A stretch of 64,000 nucleotides of DNA, taken from positions 318,915 through 382,914 of the forward strand of contig JAVZHX010000001.1 in NCBI GenBank assembly GCA_038871515.1, given 5' to 3'. Position numbers and translations under genes: made by a program. The DNA is from Candidatus Micrarchaeia archaeon (lineage in GTDB: Archaea; Micrarchaeota; Micrarchaeia; Burarchaeales; Fermentimicrarchaeaceae). Below are positions 56,805-64,000 of the stretch, in pieces. Each line of letters opens with the position of its first letter. Within the stretch, counting starts at the first letter, position 1. The notes below the pieces were generated by a model. That model worked only from the letters and a program-made list of their open reading frames with translations. It searched no databases and was not told where the DNA came from.

Positions 56805-59609
56805 TCACGCCTGCCAGTACTTCCTTGTCCTTATGAACTTCTTCTGCGCTTCAAGCAAATCCGCAAAGAACTGCATTTCATCCCTTCTCCTATTCCCAAG
56901 CACCCTTGTTGCAGTTTCAACTCCAACTCCATACGTTGACAGCGCAATTGCTGCTCTCCTTCCGTAAGCATCAACCAAGCTTGCGGACTTCATAATTTCT
57001 ATAAACCCTTTCCTCTCTTTCTCATCAAGCTTCTTTCCCCTCTCTTTTTTTCTTAGTATTCTCTCAACCCAATCCTCTCTCGGTGAGAAGCAGGCAACCA
57101 TATTGCTCCCACAGCTTGGGCACTTTATTCTGCTTTTCAGCTTCTCCAGAGGTGAGTAAAATATGTTTTGGCAGTAGGTGCAGATGAATTTGGCTGTTTT
57201 CTTCAGCAGCTGCTTTCTGAACGCTTTCAGTATTTCTGAAGACGGCTCAATTGGGGCGATGAACTCGGCTGCTTTTGAAACTTTTGAAAAACCAAGCTCA
57301 GCAAAGGGAGTTGGGTGGGAAACAACAATCTCCTTAATTTTAATTTCACCTGAATGAATCCCTCTTATAATCAATTTGCACTTCTCAACATCAAAATAAC
57401 CAACAAGCAGCTCCCTCATCGTTTCCTTATAGATTGGTGAGTTTGAAAGATGCTCAGCAAGCCTGCTCATCCTTGAAGAGGTTAAACTTTCGCTTCTCTT
57501 TATCAAACCAAATGCTTTTGCTATGTGGATGAATTTGTAGTTGAACAAACTTGACTTTGAAATATTTCTTTCAAGTAGAGCAGTCACATCCTCCTCTTTA
57601 ATTCTCAGCAACATTTCCTTAACAATTCCTTTCCCGCTTCCTGGAAGCTGCAGAATTATTCTATAGGGGTCTGAACTTCCTTTCACGCTTGATGAAAAAC
57701 GCGCTGAGAGCAAGGAGGATAGACACCTCATCAGAGCATTATTTGCAAGAGAGCCACCGCACACATGAACAACAGCTACATCCTCAAAAACTTCAACAAT
57801 AATTTCCTTATCATCAGGCACGCCAAACTGCATCTGCTTTTCAACAACTTCCTTCATTTCCCTCAGTGCTTCCTTTGAAGCATGAAACTCGTGCTCAAAC
57901 TCAGCTAAACCATCCCCTCTCTCAATTTTTTCCTTAACCCTCCTCCTCAGCTCGCCAACCCTTTGGGCAACTTCAAATGGAACAGGAATTTCCTCTCCAA
58001 CCCAATCTGGAACAGCTGCCGAAATATCCTGGGATGGTTCAACAAGCACCTCCCTCTCCCTCACATCAAGAACCTTCCAGGGAACTCCTTTTGTTATGAA
58101 AACTGAGCCTGGTTCCACATAGCTTGCAACAAATGCCTCATCAAGAGTTGAAATATTTGAGTTTGTCACCGCGCTCTTCACAAAATACTTGCTCTCGCTT
58201 GGAATTGTGCTCAGATTCTCAAAGTAATACTCCAGAATTCCTCCACCTTTTTTCAATAAACTTCCATCAAAATGAAGCACTCCTTCTGAATGAAGCTGCT
58301 CTGCAACAGAGGCAAGCTCATGCAGGTTAAGTTTCCTGAATGGGTATGCTCTTGTGATTATTCTATATGCTTTCGGAAGCTCAATCACGCCGTACTCCAA
58401 AACTAAACCGCAGAGCTGGTGAGCCACAACGTCAAGCGCATTCTCATGCATTGGAGGTGACTCAAGCTTCCCCTCCTCCATCATTTTCACTATTGCAACT
58501 GACTCGCACAAATCATCAAAATCGCCAGTTATAATCACTCCCTTCGGCGTTCTTTCAATTCTATGCCCACTTCTCCCAACTCTCTGAATTAAACGCGAAA
58601 CCTGGCGAGGTGACATGTATTGAACAACCAAATCAACCGAGCCAATATCAACGCCAAGCTCCAAGGAAGAAGTTGCAAGCAAACCCCTTATCCCTCTCTC
58701 CTTAAACTTTCTCTCCGCATGCTTCCTCACATCCCTTGAAAGAGAGCCGTGATGTATTCCAACAGAGCCAGAATACCTCTGAAGCTTTCTGAAAGCAATC
58801 AACCTTGAGGTGAGCGTTTCTGCAACCTGCCTTGTGTTAACAAAAGCAAGTGTTGAGGTGTGCGTTTCAATCAGCTCATTCAAAAAGCGCAGCCTTGCCG
58901 AAGCATGCGGCTCAAGGAAAAGTTTTTCCGCAAGCTCCTCATCCTCCAGAGATGGATTTGGAAACTCCACTCTCACTTCCATTTTTCTCTCAACAGGAAG
59001 CTTCACAACTTTGCAACTTCTCCCGCCAGTCAGAAAATTTGCAACTTCCTCAGGAGAGCTAACTGTTGCGCTCAAACCAACTCTTTGAAAATCACCTCTC
59101 TTCTCAACCAACCTCTCCAGCGCAACTGAAAGCTGAGCTCCCCTCTTGCTTTCAAAAAGCTCGTGCACCTCATCAACAACCACATAGCGAACATTTTTCA
59201 ACGCATTTCCAATTCTCTTTGCTGTCAGAATTGATTGCAATGTTTCTGGAGTGGTTATCAACAACTGCGGTGGATTGCGCGACTGCTTTAATCGCTCGCT
59301 TTGTGGCGTATCTCCATGCCTCACAGCACAGCTCACACCAACTTCGTCACACCACCAGTGAATTCTCTCCAAAATGTCTCTGTTCAAAGCTCTTAGAGGA
59401 GTGATGTACAGCGCAAGAATTCCCTCCCCTCCCTTTATAATGTTGTTCAGTATAGGAAGGAGAGCGCACTCTGTTTTTCCATAACCAGTTGGCGCGATTA
59501 TCAATGCATTTGCTCCGCTAAGCACAACCGGTATGGAGAGCTTCTGAATTTCATTCAACTCCCCAAATTTCTTTTTGACAAGCAGCTTCAACTCATCGCA
59601 AAGCTCCAT
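56805..59609 (-). CDS. Lhr-type SF2 helicase
   Basis: APTGYGKT, PLRALNRD, DEVH, LSAT, HHGSL, SSLELGVD, QRVGRSGH; C-terminal CxxC..CxxC. Confidence 0.93.
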   Translation of the reverse strand: MELCDELKLLVKKKFGELNEIQKLSIPVVLSGANALIIAPTGYGKTECALLPILNNIIKGGEGILALYITPLRALNRDILERIHWWCDEVGVSCAVRHGDTPQSERLKQSRNPPQLLITTPETLQSILTAKRIGNALKNVRYVVVDEVHELFESKRGAQLSVALERLVEKRGDFQRVGLSATVSSPEEVANFLTGGRSCKVVKLPVERKMEVRVEFPNPSLEDEELAEKLFLEPHASARLRFLNELIETHTSTLAFVNTRQVAETLTSRLIAFRKLQRYSGSVGIHHGSLSRDVRKHAERKFKERGIRGLLATSSLELGVDIGSVDLVVQYMSPRQVSRLIQRVGRSGHRIERTPKGVIITGDFDDLCESVAIVKMMEEGKLESPPMHENALDVVAHQLCGLVLEYGVIELPKAYRIITRAYPFRKLNLHELASVAEQLHSEGVLHFDGSLLKKGGGILEYYFENLSTIPSESKYFVKSAVTNSNISTLDEAFVASYVEPGSVFITKGVPWKVLDVREREVLVEPSQDISAAVPDWVGEEIPVPFEVAQRVGELRRRVKEKIERGDGLAEFEHEFHASKEALREMKEVVEKQMQFGVPDDKEIIVEVFEDVAVVHVCGGSLANNALMRCLSSLLSARFSSSVKGSSDPYRIILQLPGSGKGIVKEMLLRIKEEDVTALLERNISKSSLFNYKFIHIAKAFGLIKRSESLTSSRMSRLAEHLSNSPIYKETMRELLVGYFDVEKCKLIIRGIHSGEIKIKEIVVSHPTPFAELGFSKVSKAAEFIAPIEPSSEILKAFRKQLLKKTAKFICTYCQNIFYSPLEKLKSRIKCPSCGSNMVACFSPREDWVERILRKKERGKKLDEKERKGFIEIMKSASLVDAYGRRAAIALSTYGVGVETATRVLGNRRRDEMQFFADLLEAQKKFIRTRKYWQA

Positions 59610-59661
59610 TTTCCCCCATCAAAATTTATAAATAGAAAGTTATAATCCCTTTGGTGATTCC

Positions 59662-60015
59662 TTGGGAAATGAACTTGCGCTTGCTGCAAATTTAACCGCA
59701 ATAGTGCTTGGTTTAGTAACCTCCATTGCCGCATTCACAGCTTCTAGAAAATACTACGCAGGCCCGTGGAAGTCAGTCGTTATGTGGATGACGTGGGGCG
59801 TTTCACTTTTAACAGTGATGACAATAATGGTTTTCTCAGACTGGTTTTTTGAGCCAGGAATTGAAAACATACCTGCTTGGATGAAATACCCAACTGCAAT
59901 ACTTGGTTATCTGTGCTTGCTGAACTGCGCGCTTGCAATGAGAAGGATGGCGGAGTTCTACTCGAGCAAAAGCTATGAGAAAGTTGAGAGAGAGTTGAAA
60001 GTTAAGAGAAAGTAG
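59662..60015 (+). CDS. Small membrane protein
   Basis: GGTGA-ttcc-TTG start; 3 hydrophobic segments. Confidence 0.65.
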   Translation: MGNELALAANLTAIVLGLVTSIAAFTASRKYYAGPWKSVVMWMTWGVSLLTVMTIMVFSDWFFEPGIENIPAWMKYPTAILGYLCLLNCALAMRRMAEFYSSKSYEKVERELKVKRK

Positions 60016-61621
60016 CGCTTCTCACAGTGAGATTGCCTCGCACAACTCTGCTCTCATTGCTTCCCTCATATGAGTAATTCAAATACATTCTCGTGCTAAG
60101 ATAGATTGATTCTTTAATTATTCCATCAAACTGATCGTAACAAAGCACTTCAAGCAAAACAGATGAGTTTGACGGAAGAGTTACTGATTTGTTTAACTGG
60201 AAGTTTGTTTTTGGCGTCTCCTCTTCAGGAGTGCATTTGAACCCATTTATCACAACTGTTTTTCCACTGTTCTGAGTTAAATTAACTTTCAGCGTTCCAC
60301 TGCTGAGGTTAAATGAAAGACAGCTGAACGTATCTTGAAACTCACAGCGTGGCTGGCGTAGCGCTTCAAGGAAGCTCACCCACCTCCTCTCCTCACCTGA
60401 GAAGTTGAATGAATAGCAAATATCAAGCGCCTTCATCTCAATTGGTATTGTTGGCTCTCCTTTTGGAATTGAAACGCAGATTGATGAGTAATTTCCAACT
60501 TTTCTCTGAACAATTGTCCAGTTTGACTGTATCCCAGGCATAATTTCACACACCTGCATCACTCCTCCCCCTTCCTTGCTTCTGTTTGCTATTCTTCCAG
60601 AGCATGCATTAACCTCCTCCTTATACGGTTGCTCTGTTGTGTAAAACCCATAGAAACCTTCCTCATCTTCAAAAGCAGCCCCATACTCAAACTTCGTTAA
60701 ATTGGAAATGTGATACGTTTCACCAATAAGGGTTGAGTTGAATGGTGTTTCTGCTTTAAGCTGTTCAGTCATTTTCAAAAGTTCATCTGCAGATGAGGAG
60801 TTAAATACGCTTCCCACAATATCCTCGCACGTGTTGAAAAGAGCATCTGTGTAAACAACTGCTCTCGTCCATCCTCCCTCCCTCCACACACATATGGAAG
60901 GAGTGCTATTCCCCGAAACAACTGAAACATTCATTCCATTCAGCGTTTTCCTCTCAAGAGTGAGATTGCTTCCAATGGATAAAGCAATTGCAGCTGCCAT
61001 CTGCTCTGGAGTGAGAACTCCCTCTGCAATAACCGCTATTGCTTTTGAACCGTCTGAGTAATCGGCAGTTGCAATTCTCACCTCCCTCAAACCCTTCACA
61101 TACTGCCTGAGCAAACTGAGGTATTGAGGAACGTCTGAAATTGTTTTTGAGTATTTGTATACTGCGTTTAACCCATCATTGTTAACTTTGATTAAACCAA
61201 CATTAACAAACTTTTTATCCGGAATTATTGAGAAAACATTCAACTTTTCTGATTCTTTTACAAAAAGCATTGCGCTGCTCTGCTTGTTTGCTGATGCCTC
61301 TGAAACCACATTCCCGGCATCAACTCTCACAGTTATCTCATAAACTCCCGCATCGGAGGCACTCCACATAAAAACCACGCTCTGCTCGCTGTTTGCTGGG
61401 AGGGAAAGCACCTCCGTTCTAACTGGCGTTCCGTTTGCAAGCAGCTCAACCACAAAATCCTTCGCCTCAGCAGTGCCATTGTTTGCAACAGTCACCTCCA
61501 AACTTGCCACGTCACCCACATAAACCTGATGCGGTGCTTTTACAGATGATATTGAAAGCTGTGGTTTATTTGCAATACAGCCGAAAAGCATGAGAAGGAA
61601 GATAAATGCAAATTTTCTCAT
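60002..61621 (-). CDS. Lipoprotein with CARDB domain and C-terminal pilin-head-like domain
   Basis: LFGC lipobox; VANNG..A..F.V..VD..N.V.E CARDB; C-terminus resembles the heads of 13106/13613. Confidence 0.75.
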   Translation of the reverse strand: MRKFAFIFLLMLFGCIANKPQLSISSVKAPHQVYVGDVASLEVTVANNGTAEAKDFVVELLANGTPVRTEVLSLPANSEQSVVFMWSASDAGVYEITVRVDAGNVVSEASANKQSSAMLFVKESEKLNVFSIIPDKKFVNVGLIKVNNDGLNAVYKYSKTISDVPQYLSLLRQYVKGLREVRIATADYSDGSKAIAVIAEGVLTPEQMAAAIALSIGSNLTLERKTLNGMNVSVVSGNSTPSICVWREGGWTRAVVYTDALFNTCEDIVGSVFNSSSADELLKMTEQLKAETPFNSTLIGETYHISNLTKFEYGAAFEDEEGFYGFYTTEQPYKEEVNACSGRIANRSKEGGGVMQVCEIMPGIQSNWTIVQRKVGNYSSICVSIPKGEPTIPIEMKALDICYSFNFSGEERRWVSFLEALRQPRCEFQDTFSCLSFNLSSGTLKVNLTQNSGKTVVINGFKCTPEEETPKTNFQLNKSVTLPSNSSVLLEVLCYDQFDGIIKESIYLSTRMYLNYSYEGSNESRVVRGNLTVRSATFS

Positions 61622-61647
61622 TTCGCTCACCTTTTTGAATGAAAGAA

Positions 61648-62115
61648 CTACTTTGGTTTATACATCTTTTTAAGAGTGACTAATGCTTCCTTTATTCTTG
61701 CAATTGAGTCATCTGTTTTATTTTTATATACGTGCTCAACTGAGCTTGCAACATCTCCTTTCTCTGAGTCAGGCGACTGTGGAAAAAAATACTTCCCCTT
61801 ACTCCTTTTAACCAAACCAATTTTTTTCAGCTGCAACAGATGATAGAAAACCGTTTTCTCGCTTACCTCCTTCCCATGCTCCTTTATGTATTCCGCAAGC
61901 TCATGCACATCCGGCTCCTTTCCCTCCGAAAGCTGGAAGTAGAAAAGCGCTTCAAGCAAGTCAAGCATCGTTGTTCTTGTTTCGTTTGGATAGATTAAAC
62001 CAAGCGCAAGCGCAATCCACCTTATTAAGGATTTTTTTGTCATCCTCACCTCTCTTGTGAGCTGCATATTGCGTATAACCAACTCGCTTTCAATGAGAGA
62101 TGCTTCTGGAATCAT
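61648..62115 (-). CDS. wHTH domain protein
   Basis: IRWIALALGL, VSEKTVFYHLLQLKKIGLV..KGKY. Confidence 0.7.
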   Translation of the reverse strand: MIPEASLIESELVIRNMQLTREVRMTKKSLIRWIALALGLIYPNETRTTMLDLLEALFYFQLSEGKEPDVHELAEYIKEHGKEVSEKTVFYHLLQLKKIGLVKRSKGKYFFPQSPDSEKGDVASSVEHVYKNKTDDSIARIKEALVTLKKMYKPK

Positions 62116-62180
62116 CTACAAAAATTTATCAAGCACATATTTAAATATTCAGAGGTAATTATTACTCTTGCTGGGGTGGT

Positions 62181-62888
62181 TTGATGGAGGATAGAGTGAG
62201 GACAGGAATACCTGGGTTGGATGAGCTTGTTGAGGGAGGGTTTAAAAGAAGCCAGGTTATCAGCGTGAGCGGCACAAGCGGCTCGGGTAAAACTACTTTT
62301 GCAGTTCAATTCCTATACAACGGAGCAACAATGTATAACGAACCAGGTTTATACATAACTCTTGGTGAGCAGAAGAAGCAGATTTTTGCGAACATGCTCA
62401 GGTATGGATGGGATTTGAAGAAGCTGGAGGATGAGAAGAAAATTCTTTTTGTTGAATACCCGCCGTATGAAATTGAGGTGTTTCTTTCCCAGGAGGTTGT
62501 CATAAGGGACTCTGTTGAGATGGTTGGCGTAAAAAGATTGGTGATAGACCCGGTGAGCTCTTTGCTGATGGGTTATGGGGATGAGCAGAAGAGAAGAGAA
62601 AGGCTGCTGAGGTTGCTTGAAAGGCTGAGGAGTTTGGGCTGCACCTCACTGATGACTTCTGAGAGCATTGGGCTTGACACAGAAGTTCCTCTTGGTAAGT
62701 TTGAAGTTGAGTTATTTTCGGATGGTATAATTTACCTTTACAATGTGAGAAGAAAAAACAGGAGGCAGAGAGGGCTTGAAGTAATAAAGATGAGGGGAAC
62801 AAAACACAGCAACAAAATCTGCCCAATGGAATTCACCGATCATGGAATAGAAGTTTACCCAAACAAGGAGTTTTTTGAAAGCGTATAG
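62181..62888 (+). CDS. KaiC/RAD55-like ATPase (single domain)
   Basis: TGIPGLDEL..GG, GTSGSGKT, RLVID, DGII, KMRGT. Confidence 0.92.
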   Translation: MMEDRVRTGIPGLDELVEGGFKRSQVISVSGTSGSGKTTFAVQFLYNGATMYNEPGLYITLGEQKKQIFANMLRYGWDLKKLEDEKKILFVEYPPYEIEVFLSQEVVIRDSVEMVGVKRLVIDPVSSLLMGYGDEQKRRERLLRLLERLRSLGCTSLMTSESIGLDTEVPLGKFEVELFSDGIIYLYNVRRKNRRQRGLEVIKMRGTKHSNKICPMEFTDHGIEVYPNKEFFESV

Positions 62889-62890
62889 TT

Positions 62891-63256
62891 ATGTCAACCT
62901 TCCGCATCTCAACAAAGTTCTACCCAATACGCTTGAATGCGTTTATGAGGAATGAGGTAGAGCTAACCATAGAGATAGAGAACACAAGCAGCGAGCCTCT
63001 TTGGAGCGAGTGCGATGTGATTGTCCCGCCAGCAATTTCGCTTGCGCCAGATAAGGAATTGGAGAAAGGAAGGATAAGGATTGGGATAATCAACCCAAAT
63101 GAAATTATGACGAAAAAATGCAAAATTTATGGAAGCGCAAAAAGCTATCCTGACGTTTACCAAATAAAGCTGATTGTTTACGGGCATGGCAAGGATGCAA
63201 CAATTGTCGCAAGGGATGAGAAGACTGTTGAGCTGAGGTGCGAGAGGTTAAGGTAG
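62891..63256 (+). CDS. Hypothetical Ig-like cytoplasmic protein
   Basis: Beta-rich ORF starting 2 nt after the KaiC stop. Confidence 0.65.
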   Translation: MSTFRISTKFYPIRLNAFMRNEVELTIEIENTSSEPLWSECDVIVPPAISLAPDKELEKGRIRIGIINPNEIMTKKCKIYGSAKSYPDVYQIKLIVYGHGKDATIVARDEKTVELRCERLR

Positions 63257-63272
63257 ATTACTGGGTGGGGGA

Positions 63273-64000
63273 ATGGAGAGAATAGTTGAATGCATCCCAA
63301 ACTTCAGCGAGGGGAGGAGGAAGGAGGTTATTGATGAGATTGTTGGGGAGGTAAAAAAAGTTAAAGGAGTGAAGCTTCTTGACGTTGAAAGCGATGTAGA
63401 CCATAACAGAAGCGTAGTTACATTTATTGGTGAACCCAAAGCAGTTTTGGAAGCTGCCTTCCTTGCAGCAAAAAAAGCTTCTGAGCTAATTGATATGAAC
63501 AAACACAAGGGGGAGCACCCGAGAATTGGGGCAACAGATGTAATTCCATTCGTCCCAATTTCAAATGTCACAATGGAGGAATGCGTTGAGCTTGCAAAAA
63601 AGCTAGGTAAGAGAATTGCGGATGAATTGAAAATACCGGTTTACCTTTATGAAGCAGCTGCCACAAAACCAGAGAGAGTGAATTTAGCGGATATAAGAAA
63701 AGGGGAGTATGAAGGTTTGAAAAAAGAAATTGAAACAAACCCGGAGAGGAAACCAGATTATGGAGCTGCGAAACTTCACCCAACAGCAGGGGCAACTGTT
63801 GTTGGCGCAAGGGAGCCACTCATTGCATTCAACGTTAATTTAGGAACAAGTAACATTGAGATTGCTAAGAAAATTGCAAAAGCAGTCAGATTCAGCAGCG
63901 GTGGCTTTAAAAATGTGAAAGCAAAGGGGTTTGATATAAAGAACAGGGGGATTGTTCAGGTTTCTATGAATTTGACAAATTATAAAGAAACTCCAATTTT
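63273..64000 (+). CDS. Glutamate formiminotransferase (runs off the window)
   Basis: Manual translation MERIVECIPNFSEGR..DHNRSV..HKGEHPRIGATDVIPF; not in the ORF track. Confidence 0.93.
   Translation, partial: MERIVECIPNFSEGRRKEVIDEIVGEVKKVKGVKLLDVESDVDHNRSVVTFIGEPKAVLEAAFLAAKKASELIDMNKHKGEHPRIGATDVIPFVPISNVTMEECVELAKKLGKRIADELKIPVYLYEAAATKPERVNLADIRKGEYEGLKKEIETNPERKPDYGAAKLHPTAGATVVGAREPLIAFNVNLGTSNIEIAKKIAKAVRFSSGGFKNVKAKGFDIKNRGIVQVSMNLTNYKETPI

Overview
Archaeal chromosomal window, gene-dense with many overlapping or abutting genes, TATA promoters and a GGTGA-N4/5-start Shine-Dalgarno pattern. The roughly 386-aa tRNA-splicing endonuclease (epsilon2-size), class III signal peptide pilins and FGC-type lipoproteins suggest DPANN, probably Micrarchaeota; this is an inference. 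The window holds about 70 CDS, mostly housekeeping (glnA, dnaG, hjc, Hef, rnhB, endA, taw1, dph5, cysS, ahcY, thi4, iscS/iscU, Lhr). Four are absent from the ORF track: rpoK, a ferredoxin, an S16 protease and a glutamate formiminotransferase. RNA genes are five tRNAs (Gly, Phe, Val, intron-containing Met, Cys), a compact type-M-like RNase P RNA and a candidate H/ACA-like sRNA. There is also an HTH-MNT/HEPN pair. No CRISPR array or transposase was seen. The best novelty candidates are: (1) a Cys-rich ThiR-like HTH regulator whose palindromic TATAAC-N3-GTTATA operator occurs before itself, before fdx-thi4/iscS and before iscU, a possible archaeal Fe-S/sulfur regulon; (2) apparently obligatory ACG and ATA start codons; (3) a VIT-vWA-TM-ArsR one-component receptor; (4) a DUF2085 plus tandem GILT-like redox operon with a 243-bp exact internal repeat; (5) a dual-start lipoprotein/cytosolic DJ-1 gene; (6) a hidden 29-aa peptide translationally coupled to a MacB-type ABC operon.
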